Below are positions 45,577-64,000 of a stretch of 64,000 nucleotides of DNA, one piece after another. Position 1 is the first letter of the stretch; the number at the start of each line of letters is the position of its first letter. Below the pieces are notes generated by a model. The model ran no database searches. It was not told the origin of the DNA and saw only the letters and a list, made by a program, of their open reading frames with translations. The stretch is from positions 248,001-312,000 of the forward strand of contig CATNEN010000006.1 of assembly GCA_950097015.1 (NCBI GenBank). Reading direction: 5' to 3'. This DNA is from Macrostomum hystrix. Its lineage: Eukaryota; Animalia; Platyhelminthes. A program made the position numbers and the translations under genes.

Positions 45577-47440
45577 GATCTCTCCCGTGTCTCATCTCTC
45601 GATGTGTATTATCTCTCCCGTGTTTCATCTCTCCCGTGTCTTATCTCTCGATGTGTATTATCTCTCCCGTGTTTCATCTCTCCCGTGTCTCATCTCTCGA
45701 TGTGTATTATCTCTCCCGTGTCTCATCTCTCCCGTGTCTCATCTCTCCCGTGTCCTATCTCTCCCGTGTCTCATCTCTCCCGTGCCTCATCTCTCCCGTG
45801 CCTCATCTCTCCCGTGTCTCATCTCTCCCGTGTCCTATCTCTCCCGTTTCTCTCCCGTGTCTCATCTCTCCCGTGTCTCATCTCTCCCGTGTCTTATCTC
45901 TCCCGTGTCTCATCTCTCCCGTGTCTCATCTCTCCCTTGTCTCATCTCTCCCGTGTCTCATCTCTCCCGTGTCTCATCTCTCCCGTGTCCTATCTCTCCC
46001 GTGTCTCATCTCTCCCGTGTCTTATCTCTCCCGTGTCTCATCTCTCCCGTGTCCTATCTCTCCCGTGCCTCATCTCTCCCGTGTCTTATCTCTCCCGTGT
46101 CTCATCTCTCCCGTGTCTCATCTCTCCCGTGTCTCATCTCTCGATGTGTATTATCTCTCCCGTGTCTCATCTCTCCCGTGTCTTATCTCTCCCGTGTCCT
46201 ATCTCTCCCGTGCCTCATCTCTCCCGTGTCTTATCTCTCCCGTGTCTCATCTCTCCCGTGTCTCATCTCTCGATGTGTATTATCTCTCCCGTGTCTCATC
46301 TCTCCCGTGTCCTATCTCTCCCGTGTCTCATCTCTCCCGTGTCCTATCTCTCCCGTGTCCTATCTCTCCCGTGTCTCATCTCTCCCGTGTCCTATCTCTC
46401 CCGTGTCTCATCTCTCCCGTGTCCTATCTCTCCCGTGTCTCATCTCTCCCGTGTCCTATCTCTCCCGTGCCTCATCTCTCCCGTGTCTTATCTCTCCCGT
46501 GTCTCATCTCTCCCTTGTCTCATCTCTCCCGTGTCTCATCTCTCCCGTGTCTCATCTCTCCCGTGTCTTATCTCTCCCTTGTCTCATCTCTCCCGTGTCT
46601 CATCTCTCCCGTGTCTCATCTCTCCCGTGTCTCATCTCTCCCTTGTCTCATCTCTCCCTTGTCTTATCTCTCCCGTGTCTTATCTCTCCCGTGTCTCATC
46701 TCTCCCGTGTCCTATCTCTCCCTTGTCTCATCTCTCCCGTGTCTCATCTCTCCCTTGTCTCCTCTCTCCCGTGTCCCATCTCTCCCGTGTCTCATCTCTC
46801 CCGTGTCCCATCTCTCCAGTGTCTCATCTCTCCCGTGTCCCATCTCTCCCGTGTCTCATCTCTCCCGTGTCTCATCTCTCCCTTGTCTCATCTCTCCCGT
46901 GTCTCATCTCTCCCGTGTCTCATCTCTCCCGTGTCTCATCTCTCCCGTGTCTCATCTCTCCCGTGTCTCATCTCTCCCGTGTCATATCTATCCCGTGTCC
47001 CATCTCTCCCGTGTCTCATCTCTCCCGTGTCTTATCTCTCCCGTGTCCCATCTCTCCCGTGTCTCATCTCTCCCGTGTCTCATCTCTCCCGTGTCTCATC
47101 TCTCCCGTGTCATATCTATCCCGTGTCTCATCTCTCCCGTGTCTCATCTCTCCCGTGTCTCATCTCTCCCGTTTCTCATCTCTCCAGTGTCTCATCTCTC
47201 CCGTGTCTCATCTCTCCCGTGTCCCATCTCTCCAGTGTCTCATCTCTCCCGTTTCTCATCTCTCCCGTGTCTTATCTCTCCCGTGTCTCATCTCTCCCGT
47301 GTCTTATCTCTCCCGTGTCTCATCTCTCCCGTTTCTCATCTTTCCCGTGTCTCATCTCTCCCGTTTCTCATCTTTCCCGTGTCTCATCTCTCGATGTGTC
47401 TTATCTCTCTTGTGTCTCATCTCTCCCGTGTCTGATCTCT
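45577..47440. repeat. Minisatellite, 16-nt unit CGTGTCTCATCTCTCC (about 1.9 kb)
   Basis: Directly visible; same unit as the interior of the hAT MITE. Confidence 0.97.
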
Positions 47441-47833
47441 TATTTGTCTTATCTCTTCCATGTATCCTCTTTTACTCTTCTAATTTGATGAGAAAACCTG
47501 ATGTACCTTTCTAGAGCTTAATTAGAATCTGAAAGCTTAATAATGTACGTCGTACAGGTCGAGAACAGCTATAGTAAACTACGGTAAAGTATTAAAGTTC
47601 ACGGTGATAACAGAATATCTATTTACCTCACAAATAAAGGTGAGATTATTTATTATACTACCGTCAGCGACAGTTGAAGTATTTTGATAACTGCTTCTCA
47701 ATAAGTTAAAATATTTTTCTGTGAAGCGCAAACGCACATCTAGGTAGGTGCTATAGCTAAGAAGAGAGGAATTGTGAAATAGAAGATTTTTTAAAGTAGA
47801 CTGTGCGCTGAGCAGTCGCTAGCAAACAATTAC

Positions 47834-50800
47834 CGTCTCGCTGACCGCAGTGTTAGAATGGGAATCGCTGATTGGACTAATTCCTTTACCATTGGAGCTG
47901 CGATAAGAGGCCTGGTGAGGTGAACAATTTAAGCACATATTTTCCCTTAAACGCGTGAGGAGGTTGGGTGTTCGATTCTCACCAACAGAGAAACTGTTTG
48001 TGTCCTCGTGCAAGACACTGAATTCTCGATTTCTATAGTTGACCCACCATTAGTACTGAACAGCTGTACCGGGCTAGGTGTAATGGGTTAAATCTTCTAA
48101 CTGAGATTTCCAAACTGAGGATCTGGGAAAGCTCACAGTTTTAGCAAATCAATTAAATGAACGAATGGCTTACCTGAGCCAGGTATCCCGCAGTTTGGGT
48201 ACTAATTGCCAATGCGTTAAGCGTGCTGAATTCCGAAAAGAAGCTAAAATTGATGAGGCGAACGGATTGTAAAGAAGATAACCTTCATCTGCATTGACTG
48301 CATAAGTAAAGTGACATCTTTATTTTAGCACTAACAAACATTTTGAGGACAAACATTTTAAACACTTACCCGTCTCTATTGGTAAACGCCAATTCCACAA
48401 TGGCTTGATCATTGTCAAACATCTGCATGTGGCTGCTGCGGCTGACGCCTGCGTCCCAATCGGCCACTCCGGACCCACCGCCGTTGGGCAAGCCAGTCAG
48501 CTGGCCGGACTCCGCCAACCAGTGACTGTCGCTGTGCTGTCGCCGACGCTGCTGCTGTTGATGCCGCTGGCGGGCGCTTGAAGCGGCCTCCTGTGCCGCT
48601 GTGCCATTGCGGTGACGCTGCACAGGGATCACCTTCTGGCGCTGCTGCTGCGGTGGAGGAGGGTGCCGCTGGAGCTGCGTGGAATCCGAGCCGGCAGGTG
48701 TCACCGGCCTGGAGCAGCCAGTCGGAGGCGCCGCGTAGATCGGGAACGGCGTCGCCGAAGTGGACAATGACATAGAAGACGACTTCCAACGCCGGCTAAA
48801 CTGCTGCTGCGGATGATGCTGCTGTAGCTGCTGCTGCTGCTGTGGAGCCGGGATGGCGCTCTGGCGAACCTCTTGGACGCTGGCCTTGCGACGATAGCGT
48901 CTCGGCTCCGGCAGCACGGCGCAGGGAATCGGCGCAGCCACCTCCTCTGGCAGCGCCGGCGAATGAGACAAATTTTTGTCTACGTCATTGTGTGGCGCCT
49001 AACGTTGCAGACGGATAGAGAGGTTAAATTGGTCTTTATTAACAGTAGACCACAGGATGTATTTCAAACATCCACTGCCCACTTCACGACAGCTCACAAA
49101 TCGAATGACCGATTTTCGTGAAAGTCCACCATATGGATCAGAATTTTTGGCATTGGCGAGATATTCAGCAATTCTTGTCAAAGTCCATGGTCACAAGGAC
49201 TACAAACATTAGTCTGAATAAACTTCTACGACGAATCCAAATTGGGTTAAAAATGGACTATTTTATCAATAAATTATACTTAAAAGTGATAGCCGACAAT
49301 ATTACATGATGAAATTTTGTGAGTAGAACAAAATATGCCTATATTGGTGGTTTTTTTCACCAGACCCCGACGACGATCGTTGAATATCTCAGCGATGAGA
49401 TATTCAGTGGGAGACACAGATGAAATTAAAATTTGGGCATTCGAACTACCCTCATTGAACTACAAAGACTATTTGTCATCTTTCTATACTTAAGGAAGCA
49501 AAATCAGTCCTGACCTCAGGACTCGGGGCCTCAGTCGGTGGCAGCTGTTCGCTAGCGGGTCTATCAGCCACTTCAACGCCAACGGGACCGAGGTCTAGAC
49601 GCAGCTCGGCTGCTAGGCTGGGCGGAAGACGTCGACGCTGACGAAATTCAGCTGCAGCCGCAGACGCCAGGCGAGCCGAAGAGCGCCCATCGTCGTCGTC
49701 CTCGTTGCTTTCGTCGTCGCCGACGATAGGAATCGAACCGGAATCAGCAGACGGCTGCCAAGGCGACTGGGTAGAAACCAAAGGAGACTTCTGTCGAACA
49801 GACTCATCGCAAACGATTTTTGACGGTAAAAAATTAGGAGAAGACTGTTGACTTAGCAACGGTTCTTTAATGTGCATCGGCTTTGTTGGCGGAGATGGTT
49901 GCCTAGGATCTAAATCATGCTTCAGAGGCGGCGGTTGCCTAGGCAACGGATCATTAGCATTCATTCGCGGAGATAGTTGCCTAGACTCTAAATCATACTT
50001 CAGAGGCGGTGGTTGCCTAGGCAACGGATCATTAGCATTCATTCGCGGAGATAGTTGCCTAGACTCTAAATCATACTTCAGAGGCGGTGGTTGCCTAGGC
50101 AACGGATCATTAGCATTAATTCGCGGAGATGGTTGCCTAGGATCTATATCATGCTTCAGAGGCGGTGGTTGCCTAGGCAACTGGTCTGTAATATGCATCG
50201 GTTGCGCTGGTTGCCTAGGAAACAGATCTGATGCATGCGTCGGCAGCGGTGCTTGCCTACTAGGCAACGGTTGGGTAACAAAAACATCCTGCGACGGTTG
50301 CTTAGGCAACGGTTTGAAAGCACTTAAACACGTCTGGCCAGATTCCTCGCAGGCGCGCACGCTGGCAGTGTCTGGGTTAACTGGCTCGCAGCCGGCGAGG
50401 CAGCAGCCGCAGCCGTAGCACCAGCTGCAGCCGTCTCTGTTGGCGTGGCCGCACTCCGGGCAGGGGATGAAAAGCCTGGAGCCTGTACGGATTCCGAGGC
50501 CGCTGAGATCCAATTCAATGCTGACGCGACCCTCCTGGGAGGGGACGCCAACTCCGTTAGAGGCGGTTGTTGTTTGACGCGGCGGCGAAATCTGGCGACA
50601 ACGACTGGCAAGGTCGTAGATGGCCTCGGCCGTGTACGCTGCCCGCGGCCGCTTCGGCTGCTCGCCGTCACTTTCGCTGTCGGTTGCTGGAGGCGGACGG
50701 TGAGTGTGAAAGTCGTAATCGCTGTCTTCTTCAGCCTCGTCCACATTAGCCACTTCGATAGGCTCAACATGCTGGCCAAATTGATCTCGACGAACAAGCG

Positions 50801-51030
50801 GGTCTGAGCTGTAAAAACAGATTATTGCAGACAACATATGCTACCTTGGTTTCTATAAATGAATCGGAAAAGTAATTTATAACCCTCATTAAACTGGTTG
50901 ATCCATAAGCCCAGCCTTACCCATTTGACATGGCCTTGATTCCATTCTTGTGAAAGTACTCCAGACGCTTTTTTCGAATCTCCTGCCTCTTCTGGGAGCG
51001 AGGCGTGGCCACACAATCACTGCTATTCAT
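47834..51030 (-). CDS. Disordered Pro/Gln-rich region with a zinc-ribbon-like motif and 26-aa repeats; probably the N-terminal part of the F-box/LRR gene
   Basis: Exons 51030-50921 (MNSSD...EIRKKRLEYF), 50808-49515 (CPECGHANRDGCSWCYGC), 48998-48370, 48225-48174 and 47911-47834. All have GT/AG ends and consecutive phase compatibility (2, 0, 2, 0, 0) through to the F-box exon at 45436. Confidence 0.68.
47955..48080 (+). mobile_element. SINE family B-like, diverged fragment
   Basis: GTTCGATTC followed by TGTGTCCTCGTGCAAGACACTGAA. Confidence 0.5.
49115..49450. repeat. Interspersed repeat family D (unclassified); related pieces at about 18180-18320, 18940-19020 and 29565-29650
   Basis: Shared AAATTTTG(T/C)GAG(C/T)AGAA.AAA...TGCCTATATTGGTGGTT and TTGAATATCTCA.CGATG / TTTTGTGATTCTGGAA motifs. 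Ends not defined. Confidence 0.55.
49934..50310. promoter_or_regulatory. Cluster of RFX X-box-like palindromes within a coding repeat (function unproven)
   Basis: GTTGCCTAGGCAAC at 49934, 50012, 50090 and 50168; GTTGCCTAGGAAAC at 50210; GTTGCTTAGGCAAC at 50297. Confidence 0.4.
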
Positions 51031-53659
51031 AGCCAGAGAGATTGCAGTGGCATGCCAACCTGCAATCATTCAATAGCAATGCTTGATCATCTTATTTTGC
51101 CATATTTATAGTAGCAATTAAAAAAATATTAACTGGAAAACAAAATCTACCTTCAAAAGGGTTGCTAGTCAATTAGCTTGATCCTTGTCTTTAGGAATGT
51201 CAATATAACTGAACCTTAAAAATTCAAATCTAAGTCTATGCACAGCTAAGAAACAACAAGAAAATAAAACAATATGTTTCTTTTTATATCATCAACAGTA
51301 GGATTAATGATTACAAAATCCATAAAATGTCTTAGGAAATACATAAATGTCAAGATTGCACTGAAAAGTATACTTTTTAAATAGTGCTTCATAATTATAT
51401 AAATATAGAGGTCAGCCAGCCATGATTGTAATTAAATGTGATTGGGATCAGGAATACTTTTTTCTTTGAATTGGGTGATGAGATAAGGTATTTTAGTCCA
51501 ATAATCTGTTCTTTGTAGGTACTATAGAGTCATAGAGACATTGGCAATCTCCTAGTTTGTTGCATTAAATTATTGTTTTTTTCTTACTTTTAAGACATAA
51601 AAACTGTTATTAGGCCTATATTTACAAAAGTCATTAGTGGTCAAGTGATGCTCTAGCTAATATAGGAAGTTGCCAAACAGATTCCAATGAGTATTTTCTA
51701 TAGATATTGATTAAGCTATCAAACAGGGCATCTGAAGTTGCCCTAAATTTGGACCAAGACCCCTTGAAACCTTGATAGTGTTGGTGTGGACAGTGGCATC
51801 TTTAGGAACTCCACAAAATGCAGCTTGTGATTGACAACAGCATGATTTTGGAGTTCATTGCAGTTCAACAATTCCAAGCAGTGAGTAACCCTGTGACCCT
51901 CCTGCTCCAAGTGAGCAAAAATGTATATAAAATTAAAACTAACAAACTAAGAGATTGCCAAGAAATTTAGCCCTTTGGCAATGTTATATAGGCCTACCAT
52001 TTTATTAATAATTGGTAATAAAATGCATAGGCCTATTTAAATTTCATGTCAAGTAATCAATAGTATAATAAATTATTTATTCTAAAATTTTTGAATAACA
52101 AAAGCTATTCTTAATTCTTGTTTTTTAAGGGTCATGATACCAATTGTCCTTGGGATCCTGAGTTCTTAGCAAAGTCTAATATGAGTTTATATTAATCTTA
52201 TTAATCCTAAGCTATAGATAGGCCTATACTGATTAAAGGTCTAGATATATGAAAATTGAAATACTTTTATATACCTACTTTTTAGTAGCCTATAATAAGA
52301 TTATAATGAGATTATAATAATGAGATTAGCTATTTAATAGACTAAATTATTGGTCCAGCTTTCTTTAAACTAAAACTCATAATATAACATAGATACCATA
52401 GCCTAGCATAGGTAAATAGCAAAATAGCCAACTAAAGTATATTATATTTTGGTATGCAAAATAGTATGCAAAATGGTAATGCAAAAAATAGGCTAATATA
52501 GTCATGGCAATATTTATTACAGTAATAGGCAAAAGCTTTGATTAGGCCCTAGCATAGGCCTAGCTATATATTCTATAGAACTATACAACTAGGCCTACTA
52601 AAATGAGATCGAGCTAGTCTGCTCGGCACTGAACCCTTTGCCTTGAGTGAGACTTAAGTAACAATTGTAAAGATGACTAGTTAGTACTAATAGTAATAAT
52701 GACTAGTAAAAAAATCATATTGAAATAGCTACTTTTCGTTCCAAGCTACTTTGACTAGGAGATAAAAGCTGTGTGCAATGAGCAATGGCTGAAGTCAGTA
52801 GAAAGTTTATTTGAACAAACTATTCGATTTAAGCGACAAAGAGTTCGACTTTTTAGAAATAGCTAGCAGGGATTGAGAACACGAATTTCAAGCTAGTTTT
52901 TTATACTAGATCCCACTTGAAATAGATAGTGAAAGTCATTTACATACCTAAACAGAGTAAAAACTGTGTGTATTTGTGTAAATCCACCGATACAAAATCT
53001 ATACAATAGTCATGTACTTAAAAAGCGAAAATTGTATTATTCAGATGTTTCTTGAAAGTTTTCGTGTCTTTGAAAAATCCTGCTATTGCATGTAAGCATT
53101 TTTACAACACAGAAACAGTTTCTGTATGCTTTAAACGATAATAAAACTAAATATATAAAATAGTTTGAGCAATTTATCTTGATTTTTCCGTCCTCTCACT
53201 TGTATGGTGTTTTAATGCATTCTAAAACTTTAGAAAAGATGTTAAATATGCCGGCGGCAATCACTGTTCAGCGACCTCAACCTCATTCCTCAACCTCGAC
53301 CTCGACCTCAACCTCATCTAAGAAAAAAATATTTTTAACTGGCTTGAACTTAAACACAAAAGAGTGAACCGCACGACAATCAGCATTTGCATAAGAAATA
53401 AACATGCTTATGATCCTTGAAAATCCTCCATTCTTACTAGTTTCAAACACCCGAATCTATTTACTTCCATGACTTCATCTTACCATGAGGACAAAAAGCT
53501 TATTAACTTAAACCGGACGCTCAGATACCAGAAATGTCTCTTTAAAGACCTCAAAAGTCAAAAATTTTAAGATAAACACCATGATTTTGCTTTATAGAAA
53601 GCCATCCGCGTAAGAGGGCCAGCGAGTCTATACATGCCGAAAAAACTCATAATCACGCC

Positions 53660-53935
53660 TACGCCTAGTGTTCACTAAGCTGGACCTGAAGCAGACCTCC
53701 AGAATCCGCTGCTCCCAGGTAGTAGGCAGCTAACTGCGATTATCACCCACTGCGGGCTCTACCAGTTCACGAGAGTCCTATCTGGTATGCCTAGCGTCAG
53801 CGCCTGCTTCTAGAAGATCCTGTCAACTAATTCTGGCCGCAATCAATGGCGTCCGACAATCGGTGGATGACATCGTCATTCACGGCATCAAACTGATGAG
53901 CACGACAAGCGGCTTCTGGCGGTAATCCATCGCAA
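53660..53935 (+). pseudogene. Degenerate Ty3/Gypsy-type reverse-transcriptase fragment
   Basis: Frameshifted translation gives FTKLDLKQ...LPGSRQLTAIITHCGLYQFTRV..GMPSVSACF*K...VDDIVIHG...EHDKRL, following the Gypsy RT motif order. Contains an in-frame stop. Confidence 0.8.
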
Positions 53936-55082
53936 CTATTTTCCTCCATGCCATATTTAAATAATTGAAGTGGGTAAGCATAACAATGTATCTGCAATTT
54001 GAAATACTTTCATAGCGAAATCAAGCTGAAGTCTTTTTAACACAATTTAGTTCATGATCTAGAAGTAGGAACGAAAAAATTTTTAATTCCAATTGTTATA
54101 TTAGGTGTCCACTGTGCTTTTACACATTTATTTTCATACAATATAACTATTCTGAACTTCTCTTAGTGAAAATATGAGGGCTGGGTAGGCTAGAACAATT
54201 TTAATGCGAACTTAAACAACAACAAAAGCGCAAAGTATTCAGCATCAGCACAATAACTGACCGTCAACTTGTCCAACTCTCAATCGAAATCAATAACATT
54301 TAAGTGGATAGTAAAGCAGCCGATAATTATTTAGAATTTAAGGACACTGATAATCCTAAGGGGATAAATAGTACAAAACATAGTAGACACTTGTTATTGA
54401 AAAATAATGTAAGAATTGCCCTTCGGTTTGATGGCTAAGGGAATGGCTATAGTAACCAGCGAAACCTGTTTTGGCAGCGATGCAACAAAATAAACAAATT
54501 TAATGGAATCAACCAGTTTTCTGGAATATGATAAGTGACAAAAAGGAGAGAACAGCCACCATTGGGGGATGGGATCTAAAAACGTGTTCTGTTGCGAAGT
54601 AGCCACGACAGGAGGTACATTGTACGAAGAATTTGAAATAAATAATTAATTTAAGGACATAACAGATAGATTACATTGCTTTGAGTTAATCGGCATTTTT
54701 GACAGGCTTATAGAAACGGAGCCGAAATAGTTGCTATGCAATTAAACAAACCATTATTTTTAACTTAGATAGCGGAGATTTAGTACGTACAGTGACGGAC
54801 AGAAGCAAAACGAACAGTAGAGCTTTATTTTCTTAAACAGTGTAATGTTTATCAGGTAATCAGAAATTTTGCTTGCATTTTATTGAAATAAAAAAAGGTA
54901 CGTCTTCTTTCAGAACTGACAACGGAGCAATAGTGTAAGCCCGACAGATAATAGTAGGCGAGTACAGCACAAACTGCTAGACATACGGAGGCGAGGAAAG
55001 CGCGCGCGCGACAATGTCGTCAATTTTGCAGGTGAAATAAACACGCCGCCAGAAACTTAGGAGCCTTAGGAGCCGTTGGAAA

Positions 55083-57127
<2,045 letters not shown>

Positions 57128-57214
57128 TTAGCAAAGTAAACAAAAAAATAATGCTTGAACTTAAACTTAAACTGTGAAATTATTGATGTGATTGATTACG
57201 CGTGGCCTTATTGG

Positions 57215-57450
57215 GTCAGATGTGTAGCCGACAGCATGCACCACAGTGATTGCGCAGTACATCTGAAGGCTGTATATGACTGTTCAGTCCATGAACTAGA
57301 AGAACGCCACACCCACCCTCAATTACTCCAGCTGATGCTGGTACCCATGGAACGGCTGGGTGAACTGAAGCAAAGCAGAGTTGAGTGTCTCGCTAAAGGA
57401 CACAAATTGTTCCAATGGATTCAGGAATTGAATCGATCTGAGGAATAATC
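57215..57450 (-). mobile_element. SINE family B
   Basis: CTGAAGGCTG...GTTCAGTCCATGAACT...GCTGGGTGAACTGAAGCA...GTGTCTCGCTAAAGGACACAAATTGTTCC. Confidence 0.75.
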
Positions 57451-60146
57451 TTGAATACTCCTAGGAGTTCATTACTTGCATAGGGGATAATGCCTAGAAA
57501 ATAGGCATGCTTATTAAGTCAGAGGTGACCTGGGTGTCCTCTGTCCAGTCCTGGATGAGTATGGCAAGAGGTACCACCTGTATGGAGTTGACATCTCATG
57601 GGTATAATAGTGCTTTATTTTTCTTATATGTTGATTGATATTTTCTGTTTATTTTTTGCCAATTTCAAAAAAAGTGTTCATGCTTTTACTGAACAAACTT
57701 TTCCTAGAAAGAGTACATAAATATGTAAATTGAATATTTTGTTTATGTGCACCAATTTGTTTTCCAAATGTCTGCTGCCCAACCCAATTTATACAATTAA
57801 TATATATAAATGCACTGGTATTTAATAAGGTAACTTTTTTGCTCTGAGAACCAAGTTCACCAAAACATATACAGCCTGTCTGACTTTTGATAGGATGTAG
57901 GAGCAATATTTTCTAAGAAAACATATAGTAAAGTATTTTGTTTAAATGGTTAAACAAATTGAAAAATATGTTTTAACATAGAAAACAATGTTCCACTATG
58001 ATGTAATATTTTGTTCTCAATGATGATTGAAAGAAATTGTTTCATGAATACAGGAGCAAAATCTAAAGAGAGCCTTAACATTTTTGTATTCAGTATTCAA
58101 AGACATACTTAGACATGTTCCTTAGTTCTTTATAAAACATAGGCCTATAGAGATGAATACTAAGAGAGTTCAAAAGAGAGAGATAGAAAGTATTGCTCTA
58201 TACCTGAGATTATTGGTAACATTGATAAAAGCCTAAACACTCAGATATACATGTAACATATAATAAAATAAATTGGCTAGACTAAATATGCTATCAGACT
58301 AGGCCTAACTAATAAAAACATACCATAACAAAAATATATCAATTATATTCTCATAAACTAATTACAAGAAAGCCCATACTTCTAAGAAATGTCTTAGTCA
58401 AATAAAGCTTCAAGTTTTTACGAATAAAGAGAGAAGTAAAGTTGGAAGAATCATGTTGAATAAGGAAAATAAAGGTAGTTATAAAATGAGCATTAATACG
58501 AAGCCAGAATTTAAATTGCTAAATGTCTGTATAGTTAGGGAAACCTCTGATCTACTGAAAGCCTTAAAGGACTAGTTATATTATATAAAGGTTGTCATAA
58601 AAGTTCAGTGTATTGGGGCAGAGCATAGATTGAAAGCTAGCTGATTGAAAATGGCTTTATCCATAGACAATTAAACACAAAGAGTGTTACACTTCAATTT
58701 TAAGTTCTTAAATAATTTCTTGCTTATGAAGCACAAAGTTTTTTACAGCATGAATAGCTGAGATCTTGCAAAAAAAGTTACTTGAAGCAGCATTAGTGAA
58801 ATTTGGCAATCAACATTCTTGAAGAAATCAGACAGACCCGAGGAGACTAAAACCTATCATAGGCCCTATAAGACAATTTGCTGCCGGATTTTTGTCATTC
58901 AAAATGACATGACGAAAAATATTTTTACCACAAATTAATTTACCATCTTTGAATTTACTACATAGGTAAAACATTTCACTACATAGTTTAGGCCCTATAT
59001 TTATTACATGCCATAGGCCTATGTACTACAGATTAAAAAATTGTAGGGGCCTATGCCGCTAGTGGTAGAACACTAGTGATGCAACATACATATATTAATA
59101 AATGAATTTACTACATATGCCTATTATTAAGACGTTCTGAAACCTGATAGAGATAGCAAGTCAAAATCTAAATTCTTCATATGAATCATATCAATGTCAT
59201 ATATCCCTGCTACAATTTTACAAATGCCAAATATAAAAATAGGAACTTTGTACATTTTTTCGTTCCAAATAATAAACCTAGACATAATTTAGCACAGAAA
59301 AAAACAATGCAACTAATATAACGACTCAAGTAGGGCCTATTTATTATTCATTAATTCATTAGAATTATTGCAGAGCCACCAAGATAGCGGAGGCACTTCG
59401 ATGAAAGGGCGGGACATTCTAGTTTCCGAAAATAGAAATCACGACACAGCAAATCCGGAAAAAACCGCAGAACACATTCGAAATAAAAAACTGAAGAAAA
59501 CACACAGAAACACAACAAAAGTGATTTATTTCTAAAAAATACGCGACTCCTTTCAAACAGAAACCGAGAAATTCAATGAGTCTTTGAATAGTCATGATTA
59601 AAAGTTACTACCTTTGAGTGTTTCATAATCCTTAGGACGAAAAAAAGTTGTAAGGTTTAATTTATTCTGGCAAATTAATTCTTTTAAACTTGTTGTTGCC
59701 ACAAAACAGTTTGTACTTTTTAAATTGTTATACGGTGCAAAAGGTTATAAGTCTATTTTTAACGTACGCAAGTTTCATTTTTTTAATTTAACATATTACA
59801 AGAAATTTGACTGACTATCGCTCTTTACATTTACTGACATCGTTAGATGAATTGATAATATTATTTCTGATAGATTTAAAAGCTTTGTCTTCGTTTCAGC
59901 GTTAGCATTTGTCTTTTTAAACACATTCGTTGTCATTGTTTTCTTATTCCTTAAAACCTGATACGCTATGCGGCTAGGCCTTGTAATATAGTTTTCCAAA
60001 AACGTCGTTTATTTGAACGTTGTCAGCGTGCTGATATCGTGTTTAAAGTGAAATAAATATTTAAGCCATTGTCATTAAAGCTAGGCATAAAAACGTTACA
60101 TTTTACTATCGCGAGCTTTTAGTGCAGTAAAAAATTCTTCTAAAAA

Positions 60147-63496
<3,350 letters not shown>

Positions 63497-63534
63497 TAAA
63501 TTTAAAAAAAGGGGACGGATCTGGATTTATATTT

Positions 63535-63945
63535 TCTTGATTATTCAATCCTGGATTTATCCGGATTATTCAATCCTAGATTTATCCGGATTATTCAATC
63601 CTAGATTTATCCGGATTATTCAATCCTAGATTTATCCGGATTATTCAATCCTGGATTTATCCGGATTATTCAATCCTAGATTTATCCGGATTATTCAATC
63701 CTGGATTTATCCGGATTATTCAATCCTAGATTTATCCGGATTATTCAATCCTGGATTTATCCGGATTATTCAATCCTAGATTTATCCGGATTATTCAATC
63801 CTGGATTTATCCGGATTATTCAATCCTACATTTATCCGGATTATTCAATCCTAGATTTATCCGGATTATTCAATCCTGGATTTATCCGGATTATTCAATC
63901 CTACATTTATCCGGATTATTCAATCCTAGATTTACCCGGATTATT
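63535..63945. repeat. Minisatellite, 25-nt unit GATTTATCCGGATTATTCAATCCT(A/G), in an RSK intron
   Basis: Directly visible. Confidence 0.95.
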
Positions 63946-64000
63946 TAATTCTTATTATTCATTTTCGGATGCTACAATCAATAATTTTCGGATTTCCATG

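Noticed and set aside
30668-47440. CRISPR-like appearance of the 16-33-nt repeat arrays
   Set aside because: Units are directly adjacent with no unique spacers, there are no cas genes, and the context is an intron-containing eukaryotic genome.

Overview
Eukaryotic (animal) genomic DNA with GC-rich exons, AT-rich GT-AG introns, many minisatellites and SINEs. The style suggests a free-living flatworm such as Macrostomum, but that is inference, not a database match. Gene models were built by hand from splice sites and phase matching: two tandem DEG/ENaC channel paralogs, a PLAC8/cornifelin protein, a C2orf81-like protein, a RING/coiled-coil protein, a Cys-containing secreted protein, two divergent 4-TM proteins, a class A GPCR whose single intron is almost entirely a 13-nt repeat, a large zinc-ribbon/F-box/LRR locus, RhoA and the 5' end of RSK. 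The main find is two paralogous three-exon neuropeptide precursor genes absent from the ORF track (32870-35170 and 38422-39111, both minus). Each predicts a 31-aa amidated peptide beginning LSSDHRIAD and ending GQYGIDLxAS-amide. Other notable items: a cluster of perfect RFX X-box palindromes inside a coding repeat, a hAT MITE carrying the unit of a large minisatellite, two tRNA-headed SINE families with nested insertions, and a non-canonical CETL C-terminus on RhoA. No CRISPR array, rRNA or genuine tRNA gene was found.
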